Source of the DNA: Bacteroidia bacterium
Lineage (GTDB): Bacteria > Bacteroidota > Bacteroidia > Bacteroidales > VadinHA17
Direction of reading: 5' to 3'
Assembly (NCBI GenBank): GCA_026391215.1
Contig: JAPLDX010000049.1
Location: 1 to 32,279, forward strand
Length of the DNA stretch: 32,279 nt
In this document: positions 9,807 through 19,709 of the stretch, piece after piece
Layout: each line of letters starts with the position of its first letter
Numbering within the stretch: position 1 is the stretch's first letter
Notes under the pieces: model-generated
The model's database searches: none
What the model was told of the DNA's origin: nothing
What the model saw: only the letters and a program-made list of their open reading frames with translations
Program-made: the position numbers and the translations under genes

Positions 9807-11447
9807 TCAGTTGCTGAGCTTGATGATCTTATGGGTAAATGTGCCTGTACCGGTTATTACCCTGATGAAATACATCCCCTGTCGCATGTTATTAAGAGCC
9901 TGAATTCTTAATGTACGACCTGCATATTCCTCGAATTCTTTTCTGAAGAAAATAGTTCCCGATGCATTGAATATCTCAATCAGAATACTGCCCGGAGCTT
10001 CCCTGAAGGTAATCTCAACATCTCCGGTTGTAGGATTTGGCCCCGCAACAGATCCGATATCCGGCTTTATTACGTGCCTGTCCTGAAGCTGTTCCAGAGC
10101 TGTCAGCATATCCGGGATCCCATAGCCATAGAGCGAATCAGGGAGGCTGTATCTGTCGGCTGAGTAATGAAGAGCATCAATAATTTCAATATTCACGGCT
10201 GCCGGAACTGCCTGCATAAGGCAGGCGGCCATTCCGCTTAAGACCGGACAGGAGAAAGAAGTGCCGCTTGATCTGGTGACCAGTGAGACATCAGTTTGAA
10301 CGGCAACGCTGACTCCCATTGTGGCAATATCCGGTTTGATTCTCCTGTCAGCCGACGGACCGGCAGAAGAGAAAGCTGATATTAAGCTGTAACCGTCTAC
10401 GGCTCCCACTGAGATTACGCTGTCGCCATCCGAAGGGGCGAGAATACGTTGCCATGTTTTATTTCTTTCATTTCCGGCACTGCAGATCACCAGTATTCCT
10501 TTCGAAGCCGCAATATCGGCAGCCCTGGTTACAAAAGCCGTGTTCCCGTCAAGATCTGAAAATTTATAATTAAGAGATGGGTCATCAAAAGTAGAATAGC
10601 CTAATGATGAGGATATTATATCTGCACCTGCAGAGTCCGCAAATTCGGCTCCTGCAGCCCAGAGATCCTCTTCCACAGGAAATTCGCTCCCCGTATCTTC
10701 GGTCCGCAGGAGCAAAAAATCAGCCCCGGGAGCAGTTCCTTCAATCATCCCGGCAATTTGTCCTGCAAGAACAGAAAGAACTGCTGTTCCATGATTATGA
10801 TAGCTATAAACAAATGCATCATTATCAACAAAATCATAAGTCCCTTTAATACCATGACGGTTTCTGAGATGCTGCAGTGAGGAGACCATATCGGCATTAA
10901 AAAATCCGCCATCCAGAACGGCTATCAGGATCCCGTTGCCGTTAAAACCTGAGGTATGAAGCGGTAAGCCATTGACCATTGATATCGGCCGGTCATACGG
11001 AGGAGCATCAGCCTGTTCAGCTGGAAAAGCGAGCTTATCGGTATGGCCGCTTTTACCGGCAGGATTTTTAACTATTTTTACATCTGCCACATATGGCATG
11101 CTGAGGAGAATCCCCGGATCAACAGGGAGATTTGTCTTAAATAATCCCGTATTCATCCATTTTGATGTGCAGTGGAGAGTCAAACCAAGCGATGAAACTC
11201 CGGCCAGATAACCGGGAAATACAGGAAGATCCCTGGTATCCGGTACAGGTATTGCAGATCTGGCTCTTCGTTCAAGTGATCTTTCTGATAATAGCTGAGA
11301 AGCTGAAAAGCTCTCGGTATTGTATTCTCCCTTGTCCCTGAAATAAACTCTGTAGAAATAATTGAATTGTCCGCCCTGCCCTGATAAGATAGTGCATGTG
11401 AAAATAAGAAACAGTACAAATAGAGGTTGAATCCTTTTATTCTTCAA
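9807..11447 (-). CDS. S8 (subtilisin-like) serine peptidase with T9SS type-A C-terminal domain
   Basis: Catalytic motifs IAVLDGGF, HGTAV and SGTSFSCP. C-terminal PNP....GMYFIRV.....KIIK tail; signal peptide. Confidence 0.92.
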   Translation of the reverse strand: MKNKRIQPLFVLFLIFTCTILSGQGGQFNYFYRVYFRDKGEYNTESFSASQLLSERSLERRARSAIPVPDTRDLPVFPGYLAGVSSLGLTLHCTSKWMNTGLFKTNLPVDPGILLSMPYVADVKIVKNPAGKSGHTDKLAFPAEQADAPPYDRPISMVNGLPLHTSGFNGNGILIAVLDGGFFNADMVSSLQHLRNRHGIKGTYDFVDNDAFVYSYHNHGTAVLSVLAGQIAGMIEGTAPGADFLLLRTEDTGSEFPVEEDLWAAGAEFADSAGADIISSSLGYSTFDDPSLNYKFSDLDGNTAFVTRAADIAASKGILVICSAGNERNKTWQRILAPSDGDSVISVGAVDGYSLISAFSSAGPSADRRIKPDIATMGVSVAVQTDVSLVTRSSGTSFSCPVLSGMAACLMQAVPAAVNIEIIDALHYSADRYSLPDSLYGYGIPDMLTALEQLQDRHVIKPDIGSVAGPNPTTGDVEITFREAPGSILIEIFNASGTIFFRKEFEEYAGRTLRIQALNNMRQGMYFIRVITGTGTFTHKIIKLSN

Positions 11448-11464
11448 AGGAATAATATAAGTTA

Positions 11465-12253
11465 TTATCTTATTTCCCCCGTTTTTTCGGGATCAGCAAT
11501 TTTCTCTGAGTTTTTTTCAAGGGTATCGATATATTTTGAAACATCGATTTCCAGCTGCCTGTCATTTGTAACACCGTCAATGTAGTCCATCTTGTACAAC
11601 AGGTTCCCGTCCTGGTTATAAAGAAGCCATGTACCTTCCCGGCTGTCGTTTTCATAAAATCCCGAGAATTCAATCAGTCCGTTCTCAAACCATACCTCAA
11701 ATTTGCCGTTGAGCATGTCTCCTGAATAGAATGACCTGAGGAACATATTGCCATTCATGCGATACTGAAGCCATTCTCCCTCGCGTTTATCATTTATATA
11801 ATTCAGCCTTTCTGCAACAGTACCATCGGGATAATATTTCAGTGATGGTCCGTTTCTCAGATTTCCCCTGTATTCTTCTTCACTGATAAGATATCCTTCA
11901 ACATTTGCAGAATAGAATTTCCATTTGCCTTCTTTAAGCTGATTTATATATTTACCCTTTGATGATATGAAACCATTGCGGTGATAAATTGCAGCATCAG
12001 CTTCAATTCCATCGCTGCTATAGACAAGCACCGATTTCAATTTACTGTCTTCATAGTATCTTTTAAATTCTCCGACCGGATGATCATCCTTGAATTCTCC
12101 TTCATATTGAATTATGCCGTTTGGATATTTCTTCATCCAGTGTCCTTGTTTCATGCCCTGCTGGTCAGTTTTATTTATTTCCGGTCCCGTCTGACATGCT
12201 GCTATGGCGGGAAGGGCAAGTATTAAGGCTGCTGCTATTATCTTAAGATTCAT
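11465..12253 (-). CDS. Exported MORN-variant repeat protein (YwqK-like repeats)
   Basis: Repeated G.W..YY.NG......G.Y units; signal peptide. Confidence 0.8.
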   Translation of the reverse strand: MNLKIIAAALILALPAIAACQTGPEINKTDQQGMKQGHWMKKYPNGIIQYEGEFKDDHPVGEFKRYYEDSKLKSVLVYSSDGIEADAAIYHRNGFISSKGKYINQLKEGKWKFYSANVEGYLISEEEYRGNLRNGPSLKYYPDGTVAERLNYINDKREGEWLQYRMNGNMFLRSFYSGDMLNGKFEVWFENGLIEFSGFYENDSREGTWLLYNQDGNLLYKMDYIDGVTNDRQLEIDVSKYIDTLEKNSEKIADPEKTGEIR

Positions 12254-12286
12254 AATAATAAAACGAAATATTCACCATAAAAGTAC

Positions 12287-12316
12287 AAAAAAACAGCGTA
12301 GTTAAAAACTACGCTG
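12287..12316 (-). terminator. Intrinsic terminator downstream of dnaK
   Basis: CAGCGTAGTT-AAA-AACTACGCTG 10-bp stem with an A-run on its left, which is a U-tail on the minus strand. Confidence 0.75.
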
Positions 12317-12349
12317 ATCGGTTAATAATATGCTGATCTTTTAATAGCT

Positions 12350-12372
12350 GGGCGTAGTTTCTAACTACGCCC
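12350..12372. repeat. Second palindrome sharing the GCGTAGTT-N3-AACTACGC core (REP-like)
   Basis: GGGCGTAGTT-TCT-AACTACGCCC lies immediately after the dnaK stop codon. Confidence 0.7.
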
Positions 12373-12380
12373 GACGCTAT

Positions 12381-14303
12381 TTATTTGACTTCCTCAAAAT
12401 CTACATCGGTAACCTCATCGTTCCCGGATTTGGAGCTGCCTCCTGTATGGTCCTGACCAGGCTGTTCAGGTCCGGGCTGTGAGGTGGCCTGTCCGGTATT
12501 CTGAGCTGTTTTGTACATCTCTTCTGATGCTACCTGCCAAACGGCATTAAGGTCAGCAAGCGCCTTATCGATAGAAACAGGATCCTGGCTTTTATGAGCT
12601 TCCTTAAGCTTTGCAAGTGCATCTTCAATAGACTGCTTCTTATCTCCGGGTATCTTATCTCCATATTCACGGAGCTGCTTTTCAGTACTGAATATCATAC
12701 TGTCAGCAGCATTGACCTTATCAACTTTTTCCTTTGCTTTGCGGTCGGTTTCAGCGTTTGCCAGTGCCTCTTCGCGCATTCTTTTTATTTCATCGTCGCT
12801 TAATCCTGAAGAAGCTTCAATCCTGATTCTCTGCTCTTTACCTGTACCACGATCTTTTGCGGTAACATGCAGAATTCCGTTAGCGTCTATGTCAAAGGTC
12901 ACTTCTATCTGGGGGATGCCTCTGGGGGCTGGCGGAATGCCATCAAGATGAAAACGTCCAATAGTTTTATTACCTGAAGCTATAGGTCTTTCTCCCTGCA
13001 GGACATGAATTTCCACAGATGGCTGTGAGTCGGCAGCAGTGGTGAACACTTCAGTCTTCTTGGTCGGGATGGTCGTGTTTGATTCAATCAGCTTGGTCAT
13101 TACACCACCCATTGTTTCTATTCCAAGTGACAACGGAGTGACGTCAAGAAGAAGAACATCCTTGACTTCTCCTGTAAGAACGCCACCCTGTATTGCTGCA
13201 CCTACTGCAACGACTTCATCAGGATTGACTCCTTTTGAAGGGGTCTTGCCAAAGAATTTCTCAACAAGCTGCTGTACTGCAGGTATACGTGTTGAACCGC
13301 CCACAAGCAGAACCTCGTCAATTTCAGAAGCTTTATAACCTGAGTCGCTAAGGGCTTTCTGGCAAGGTTCAATACATGACTGGAACAGCTTATCACAAAT
13401 TTGTTCAAACTGAGAGCGTGTCAGAGTCTTTACAAGATGCTTTGGAATTCCGTCTACGGGCATAATGTAAGGGAGGTTGATCTCTGTTGAAGTTGTACTC
13501 GAGAGCTCAATCTTGGCTTTTTCAGCTGCTTCTTTAAGACGCTGGAGAGCCATTGGATCCTTTCTCAGATCGATACCTTCATTCTTCAGGAATTCATCAG
13601 CCAGCCAGTCAATTATCAGGTGGTCAAAATCGTCACCGCCCAGGTGGGTATCACCATTTGTTGACTTGACTTCAAATACTCCGTCGCCGAGCTCAAGAAT
13701 TGATATATCGAATGTGCCGCCTCCAAGGTCAAAGACAGCGATCTTAAGATCCTGCGACTTTTTGTCAAGGCCATAGGCAAGCGATGCTGCCGTTGGCTCG
13801 TTGATTATCCTTTTCACATTCAGTCCTGCTATCTCACCAGCCTCTTTGGTTGCCTGGCGTTGTGAGTCGCTGAAATATGCCGGTACTGTAATAACAGCAT
13901 CAGTAACTGACTGTCCGAGATAATCTTCTGCCGTCTTCTTCATTTTCTGAAGTACCATTGCAGATATCTCCTGGGGTGAATATAACCTGTTTTCAATTTT
14001 CACGCGGGGAGTGTTGTTATCACCTCTTACCACAGTGTATGTAACTCTTTTTATCTCCTTGTTCATTTTGTCAAATGTCTCACCCATGAACCTCTTGATA
14101 GAGTATACGGTGTTCCTTGCGTTGGTAATTGCCTGACGCTTTGCAGGATCACCTATTTTACGCTCACCTTTTTCAACAAATGCAACGATTGAAGGAGTGG
14201 TTCTTTTTCCCTCGCTGTTTGGGATAACCACAGGTTCGTTGCCTTCCATTACGGCGACGCATGAATTTGTAGTTCCCAGATCTATGCCAATAATTTTTCC
14301 CAT
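12381..14303 (-). CDS. dnaK: Chaperone DnaK (Hsp70)
   Basis: [25 protein letters not shown] and VGGSTRIP motifs; C-terminal DVDFEEVK. Confidence 0.99.
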   Translation of the reverse strand: MGKIIGIDLGTTNSCVAVMEGNEPVVIPNSEGKRTTPSIVAFVEKGERKIGDPAKRQAITNARNTVYSIKRFMGETFDKMNKEIKRVTYTVVRGDNNTPRVKIENRLYSPQEISAMVLQKMKKTAEDYLGQSVTDAVITVPAYFSDSQRQATKEAGEIAGLNVKRIINEPTAASLAYGLDKKSQDLKIAVFDLGGGTFDISILELGDGVFEVKSTNGDTHLGGDDFDHLIIDWLADEFLKNEGIDLRKDPMALQRLKEAAEKAKIELSSTTSTEINLPYIMPVDGIPKHLVKTLTRSQFEQICDKLFQSCIEPCQKALSDSGYKASEIDEVLLVGGSTRIPAVQQLVEKFFGKTPSKGVNPDEVVAVGAAIQGGVLTGEVKDVLLLDVTPLSLGIETMGGVMTKLIESNTTIPTKKTEVFTTAADSQPSVEIHVLQGERPIASGNKTIGRFHLDGIPPAPRGIPQIEVTFDIDANGILHVTAKDRGTGKEQRIRIEASSGLSDDEIKRMREEALANAETDRKAKEKVDKVNAADSMIFSTEKQLREYGDKIPGDKKQSIEDALAKLKEAHKSQDPVSIDKALADLNAVWQVASEEMYKTAQNTGQATSQPGPEQPGQDHTGGSSKSGNDEVTDVDFEEVK

Positions 14304-14345
14304 TTTATGATGTTTTACGAAATTTCAAAATTGATATACATATCC

Positions 14346-14361
14346 TGCAATCCTTATGCCA
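14346..14361 (-). promoter_or_regulatory. Sigma54 (RpoN) -24/-12 promoter upstream of dnaK
   Basis: The minus strand reads TGGCAT-AAGGA-TTGCA, 42 nt before the start codon. Confidence 0.72.
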
Positions 14362-14440
14362 TTTGAATTTTATGACAAAACGGCAGTTTAATTGAAAAAA
14401 AGTAATTATGAGCACTCCCTATTCATCTGTTACAAATTAG

Positions 14441-14448
14441 TAACTTTG
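14441..14448 (+). promoter_or_regulatory. Bacteroidota -7 element (TAACTTTG) for panB-rluA
   Basis: Consensus match 26 nt before the ATG at 14475. Confidence 0.6.
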
Positions 14449-14474
14449 TGTCCTGTTATAAAAAGGTTGAAATT

Positions 14475-15290
14475 ATGCCTGTACATAAATCTGTCAAAAA
14501 GATCACCACTCATGTTCTTAATGAGATGAAGCTCAAGGGCGAAAAGATAGCAATGCTTACCGCCTATGATTATTCCATGGCCAGGATTCTTGATGAGGCC
14601 GAAATTGACGTCATTCTGGTTGGTGATTCGGCATCAAATGTTATGGCAGGTTTTGACACAACGCTGCCGATTACCCTTGATAACATGATCTATCATGCAG
14701 CCTCTGTCGTCAGGGCAGTTAAAAGAGCCCTTGTGGTCGTAGATCTGCCGTTCGGAACATACCAGGGAAATTCAAAGGAAGCGCTTGCTTCCTCAATAAG
14801 GATAATGAAAGAGACCGGCGCATCTGCTGTCAAGCTTGAAGGGGGTCAGCAGATTGAAGAATCAATAGAGAGGATACTTTCGGCCGGGATACCTGTTATG
14901 GGTCATCTCGGTCTCACTCCCCAGTCCATTCACAAGTTTGGCACTTATGTAGTCAGAGCGAAAGAGGAAGAGGAAGCCCGCCAGCTAATGGATGATGCAA
15001 AACTTCTGGAAAGAGCCGGCTGTTTTGCAGTCGTACTCGAAAAAATCCCTGCAAAACTGGCAGAAGAGGTCACAAACAGCATCAGGATTCCGACAATCGG
15101 AATAGGTGCAGGACCAAAAACAGACGGGCAGGTGCTCGTTCTTCATGATATGCTGGGTATAACACAGGAATTCTCACCAAGGTTTCTCAGAAGATATCAT
15201 AACCTTTATTCTGAGATAAAAGGGGCAGTGCAGACATATATCAGCGACGTCAGAACATTTAAGTTCCCGAACGAAAAGGAACAATATTAG
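14475..15290 (+). CDS. panB: 3-methyl-2-oxobutanoate hydroxymethyltransferase
   Basis: [27 protein letters not shown] and DGQVLV motifs. ATG 14475 preferred because the GTG at 14448 overlaps the promoter. Confidence 0.97.
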   Translation: MPVHKSVKKITTHVLNEMKLKGEKIAMLTAYDYSMARILDEAEIDVILVGDSASNVMAGFDTTLPITLDNMIYHAASVVRAVKRALVVVDLPFGTYQGNSKEALASSIRIMKETGASAVKLEGGQQIEESIERILSAGIPVMGHLGLTPQSIHKFGTYVVRAKEEEEARQLMDDAKLLERAGCFAVVLEKIPAKLAEEVTNSIRIPTIGIGAGPKTDGQVLVLHDMLGITQEFSPRFLRRYHNLYSEIKGAVQTYISDVRTFKFPNEKEQY

Positions 15291-15292
15291 CT

Positions 15293-15973
15293 ATGCCTGA
15301 GATACTCTACGAAGACAATCACATCATTGCCATTAATAAAAGAGCATCCGATCTTTCTCAGGGCGATAAAACAGGAGATGCATCTCTGGATTCTGAAATA
15401 AAGAAATATATTGCTAAAAAGTACAACAAGCCGGGAGATGTCTTTCTTGGTATTGTTCACAGGCTTGATCGTCCTGTAAGCGGTGTTATATTATATGCCC
15501 GTACAAGCAAGGCGCTTGAGAGACTAAATGAAATGTTCAGGACAAACCAGGTGAGAAAATTCTACCTGGTAATTATTAAGGACAGGCCTCCTGAAGATAA
15601 AGCAACCATAAAACATTTCCTGAAGAAGAACGAAAAACAGAATAAAACTTTTGTATATGATACGGAAGTAAAAGGATCAAAGGAGGCGAGTCTTACATAT
15701 ACTCTTGCCGGACGGTCAGAACGTTATTATCTTCTTGAAATAGAGCTTCATACAGGAAGGCACCACCAGATAAGGGCACAGCTTGCAAAGATAGGTTGCC
15801 CGGTAAAGGGTGACCTTAAATACGGGTACCCGAGATCGAATAAGGATGGCAGTATCAGCCTCATGGCAAGAAGGCTGGAATTCATTCACCCTGTAAAAAA
15901 GGAACCGATGGTGATCACGGCGCCATTTCATGAGGGTGATATCTGGAAAGAGTTCCATTATGCAGAAGCATAA
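15293..15973 (+). CDS. RluA family RNA pseudouridine synthase
   Basis: VHRLDRPVSG, TGRHHQIRAQL and GDLKYG motifs. Confidence 0.93.
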   Translation: MPEILYEDNHIIAINKRASDLSQGDKTGDASLDSEIKKYIAKKYNKPGDVFLGIVHRLDRPVSGVILYARTSKALERLNEMFRTNQVRKFYLVIIKDRPPEDKATIKHFLKKNEKQNKTFVYDTEVKGSKEASLTYTLAGRSERYYLLEIELHTGRHHQIRAQLAKIGCPVKGDLKYGYPRSNKDGSISLMARRLEFIHPVKKEPMVITAPFHEGDIWKEFHYAEA

Positions 15974-16010
15974 AAAGAAAATGAGCACGGATTACTCCGC
16001 ACTCATTTTC
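15972..16010 (-). terminator. Intrinsic terminator for the 16078..16701 gene (possibly bidirectional)
   Basis: Minus strand GAAAATGAGTGCGGA-GTAA-TCCGTGCTCATTTTC-TTTTT. The two internal G.U pairs form only in the minus-strand RNA. Confidence 0.78.
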
Positions 16011-16077
16011 GGGAATGAACATGAAAGCCTGACCTGAATTATTTTTTCTCTGTCTTCTTTGTTTCAGTTTTTACAAC

Positions 16078-16701
16078 TTACTTTTTAGCTTCATCGCCGC
16101 TTTTTATGCCAAGTTTGCTCTCAACCATCTTAATTATCTCATTAGCTTTAGCTTCATCATCACTTTCTACGGTTACAACCACACCGTCTTTCGCAATTAC
16201 ATATTTGGTTACATCGGCACTCTCTCCATGATTTTCTGTGACTTTCCCGTCTTTAATAACAATGACCTCTTCACCTTCCCATTCATCCATTTTTTCTCCG
16301 GTACCCTTATCATTGCTATAGATATAAAGATGTCCCTTATCTCCTGCAGATGATACTGTCCATTTTGCTGAATCAGAACTCATTACGAAGATGTCCTTTT
16401 CCATATGTTTATTCCCGTTCTCATCAGCTTCGATGCTTACAATAACTTTTTTCCCCTCTGAAACATGCTTAAGGCCTGCTTCAGGTTCACCTATGAAAAT
16501 TACATTTCCGTCCTTTAGTTTTATTACCTCAGGATGAGAGGTTCCAGTTATAATGGTATCCAGAACAGTTTTAGCTCCTGATCCATCGTCAACAATGACC
16601 TTGATTTTCTTTTCATTCTTCTTTTCCTGGCCAAATGCCATCGATAAAGGAATCGAACAGGCCATAAATATTAAAAATAGGTTTCTGGTTATTCTTTTCA
16701 T
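16078..16701 (-). CDS. Exported hypothetical protein (K/E/V/I-rich)
   Basis: 207-aa ORF with a signal peptide (..AFG-Q), its own -7 box (TAATTTTG, 16725-16732) and a terminator. Confidence 0.75.
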   Translation of the reverse strand: MKRITRNLFLIFMACSIPLSMAFGQEKKNEKKIKVIVDDGSGAKTVLDTIITGTSHPEVIKLKDGNVIFIGEPEAGLKHVSEGKKVIVSIEADENGNKHMEKDIFVMSSDSAKWTVSSAGDKGHLYIYSNDKGTGEKMDEWEGEEVIVIKDGKVTENHGESADVTKYVIAKDGVVVTVESDDEAKANEIIKMVESKLGIKSGDEAKK

Positions 16702-16753
16702 GACTGGCTGGTTTTGATTTATAACAAAATTAGTTCATTACCTGTATGATACA

Positions 16754-16790
16754 GTTAATTTCAGGTTAATAAGAGTTAATGAAAAGTTAA
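16754..16790. promoter_or_regulatory. Four helically phased GTTAA direct repeats; probable OmpR/PhoB-type regulator site
   Basis: GTTAA at 16754, 16765, 16775 and 16786 (spacing 11/10/11) in the divergent promoter region of the two-component operon. Confidence 0.65.
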
Positions 16791-16830
16791 AACGCGTGCG
16801 AATTTTAGTCGGATAAGTTAAATTTGTGTC

Positions 16831-18456
16831 GTGAGCAGAAATAAATTCATAGGCCTCATCTTCATGATGCTCTTTTCGATTATCGGGATCATCTGGGTTC
16901 AGGTAATCTGGATAAGGAATGCAGTGGCTATCCGGAACGAAAGCTTCGATGCTTTTGTATCAGCAAGCATAAGGGATGCTGCAAAGTCAATTGAGTCATC
17001 CAGGAAGATGAGCTTCTTCAATGATAATATCCTGAAGGCTCCTTATGAATCGGAAAATCAGTCTGCTTCCGTTTCTGATTATGTAAATATAGAAAGTTAC
17101 ACTGTTGGAGGTGAAGGTAATTTCAGCGTCAGGATCACCAATCAGTCAGTTACAAAGAATCCCGGTGAAAAGCCTGTTATCATAACTCATGATACGACGA
17201 TTACCTCTGATTCGGAATCTTTTGTTGTGAGATCATCTGATGATCCTGGCAAAATTACCATTATAAAAAGCAGAGATTCTGCTCTGAAAAGCACAGGATC
17301 AGTTTATATAAAACAGCAGGAATTTATTGACTGGGTTAAAAAGAGGCAAGATGAATTCCAGAATATGAGCGATCAGATGATTGCCGACGTGTATCAGTGG
17401 GAAAAGACCATGGAGCTTGATAATCAGGCAATTGAATATGCACTGAACCGGTCATTGATGTTTTCAAATATACGGACACCTTTTGAATTTGCTGTAATCA
17501 GGGACGGTGTTGTAGCTGATGGCACTTTTAAGAAATCGAACAAAAATGATTTCCTTAAAAGCAGATATATGGTGCGCCTGTTCCCGGATAATATTATCCG
17601 CCAGGATCTTATCCTTTCTGTGGTTTTCCCTGAACGTGCCAATTATATCCTGGGATCATTAGCCTGGATGCTTGGAGGATCCTTTCTCTTTTCACTGATC
17701 ATCCTTGCCACATTTGCACTGAGCCTCTTTTTCCTTATAAGGCAAAAAAAGATATCGGAAATGAAATCTGATTTCCTCAATAATATGACTCACGAGTTCA
17801 AAACCCCGATAGCAACAATTTCACTGGCAGCAGATACAATAACCAATCCAAAGGTAATAAGTGACGAATCGAGCATCAGGCATTTCATAAGCCTGATAAA
17901 GAAGGAAAACAGCAGGATGAATAAGAAGGTTGAAACAATTCTGCAGATTGCATCGCTCGACAAAAAGGAAATAGAATTTAAGTACGAAAGCATCTCACTT
18001 CATTCTGTAATTGAACATGCAGTAGAAACAATAGAAATTTTGCTATTGCAGAGAGGCGGTACGATAAAGCTCAATCTTGATGCCTCTCAGCCCTCAATTC
18101 AGGGAGACAGCGAGCACCTGACAAACCTGGTGAACAATCTCCTGGATAATGCAATTAAATATTCTGAGGGTGCGCCCGAAATCTTTATTGAAACAAAAAA
18201 TAATGAAAAAGGCATTATCTTGTCAGTCAGTGATAAGGGAATAGGAATGAGCAAAACCGTACAGCATCGGATTTTCGATAGATTTTACAGACAAGCCTCC
18301 GGCAACGTGCACGATGTAAAAGGTTTTGGTCTCGGACTGAATTATGCCCTTGCTATTGTTGATGCCCATAAAGGAGATATAAAAGTATTCAGTGAGCCGG
18401 GAAAGGGCAGCCGGTTTGATGTATTTTTACCATTTAACCTGGAGAACGGAAAATGA
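16831..18456 (+). CDS. Sensor histidine kinase (RprX-like)
   Basis: Two TM segments, H-box (NNMTHEFKTPI), N-box (NLLDNAIKY) and G boxes (DKGIG, GFGLGL). Confidence 0.95.
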   Translation: MSRNKFIGLIFMMLFSIIGIIWVQVIWIRNAVAIRNESFDAFVSASIRDAAKSIESSRKMSFFNDNILKAPYESENQSASVSDYVNIESYTVGGEGNFSVRITNQSVTKNPGEKPVIITHDTTITSDSESFVVRSSDDPGKITIIKSRDSALKSTGSVYIKQQEFIDWVKKRQDEFQNMSDQMIADVYQWEKTMELDNQAIEYALNRSLMFSNIRTPFEFAVIRDGVVADGTFKKSNKNDFLKSRYMVRLFPDNIIRQDLILSVVFPERANYILGSLAWMLGGSFLFSLIILATFALSLFFLIRQKKISEMKSDFLNNMTHEFKTPIATISLAADTITNPKVISDESSIRHFISLIKKENSRMNKKVETILQIASLDKKEIEFKYESISLHSVIEHAVETIEILLLQRGGTIKLNLDASQPSIQGDSEHLTNLVNNLLDNAIKYSEGAPEIFIETKNNEKGIILSVSDKGIGMSKTVQHRIFDRFYRQASGNVHDVKGFGLGLNYALAIVDAHKGDIKVFSEPGKGSRFDVFLPFNLENGK

Positions 18457-19148
18457 ACATGAAGCCTTTTAATATATTTCTTGTCGAAGATGATCTGAGC
18501 TTCGGATCAGTATTGAAATCCTATCTTGAGATTAATGATTTTTCCGTTGACTGGATTGATGACGGGAAATATGCTGTTGATCATTTCAGAAAAGGGATGT
18601 TTGATATTTGCATCCTCGATGTAATGCTGCCTCATGTTGACGGTTTTACGATCGCAAATGAAATACGACAGATCAATAATTCAATACCTATCATATTCCT
18701 GACAGCCAAAAAGCTTAAGGAGGATGTCCTGAGGGGTTATGGGGCAGGAGGGGATGATTATATAACCAAACCATTTGATACTGATATTCTCCTGGCTAAA
18801 ATACGTGCAATAGTCGCACGGCTTGATTTTCAGAGCGGGACAAAGGATATTTTTGAAATTGGCAAGTTCATTTTCAATGCAAAGCTCAGAACACTGACAG
18901 CAGGTGATGATGAGAAGAAGTTGTCACCCAAGGAAGCTCAATTGCTGGAGCTCCTGGCCGTTAATCCTAATGCATTGATAAGCAGAGAGATGGCGCTTAA
19001 GAAGATATGGGGCAACGATGATTATTTTACTGCACGAAGTATGGATGTCTATATCACCAAGCTTAGAAAGATGCTGTCAGACGATCCACACCTTAATATA
19101 AAGAATATTCATGGGGCTGGATTCCAGCTTATCGTCAGCAAGGAGTGA
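18453..19148 (+). CDS. OmpR-family response regulator (RprY-like)
   Basis: VEDD, LDVMLP..DG, FLTAK and KPF motifs; winged helix RSMDVYITKLRK...NIHG.GF. Confidence 0.95.
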   Translation: MNMKPFNIFLVEDDLSFGSVLKSYLEINDFSVDWIDDGKYAVDHFRKGMFDICILDVMLPHVDGFTIANEIRQINNSIPIIFLTAKKLKEDVLRGYGAGGDDYITKPFDTDILLAKIRAIVARLDFQSGTKDIFEIGKFIFNAKLRTLTAGDDEKKLSPKEAQLLELLAVNPNALISREMALKKIWGNDDYFTARSMDVYITKLRKMLSDDPHLNIKNIHGAGFQLIVSKE

Positions 19149-19632
19149 CAGGTAAATTGTTCCTGCTGAACTGAAGAGGAAGAAGATCTCCTCCCTGCTC
19201 AATAACCTGAATTTTATTTTTGCTGCTGAGTATGATCCTGATGCTTTTACCGCTTCTGATCTCTTCTTCGGCGATCACCTGCCGGCAGTTGCCGCATGGA
19301 GATACAGGCTCATATGAGTTACCTGCTTCAGTAATTGCTGCTACGGCTAATACCATCGGAATATTACCCGGGTGATTTGCGGATGCATTTGATAAAGCAT
19401 TCCTCTCTGCACAGATACCTGAAGGAAATGCTGCGTTTTCAACATTGCTGCCAGTTACAATAATACCGCTGGCGAGTCGTACTGCCGCACCAACCCTGAA
19501 TCCGGAATATGGAGCATAGGCATTAAGGGCAGCTTCACTTGCTGATTTCACCAACTCACGATCCGAAGATTCCAACTCTTCGACAGTATCAAATTCTTTG
19601 AAAGTAAATGAGATATTATTGGTCTTTATCAT
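19135..19632 (-). CDS. cdd: Cytidine deaminase
   Basis: AYAPYSGFRVGAA, NVENA, CAER and PCGNCRQ zinc motifs. Confidence 0.94.
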   Translation of the reverse strand: MIKTNNISFTFKEFDTVEELESSDRELVKSASEAALNAYAPYSGFRVGAAVRLASGIIVTGSNVENAAFPSGICAERNALSNASANHPGNIPMVLAVAAITEAGNSYEPVSPCGNCRQVIAEEEIRSGKSIRIILSSKNKIQVIEQGGDLLPLQFSRNNLPVTPC

Positions 19633-19709
19633 ACCAGTGAAACTCTGTGGTTAATAAAAATACATGAAACCAAAACTCCTTTTTATTATTTTTGTCGAAA
19701 CTAATTGTT

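Noticed and set aside
11465-12253. Toxin-antitoxin system (YwqK-like antitoxin)
   Set aside because: The protein has a signal peptide and generic MORN-variant repeats, and there is no adjacent toxin.
12381-14303. dnaK without adjacent grpE/dnaJ
   Set aside because: A stand-alone dnaK is common in Bacteroidota.
14408-14435. CIRCE operator upstream of dnaK (AGCACTC)
   Set aside because: Only a partial left arm; no GAGTGCTAA arm at 9-nt spacing.
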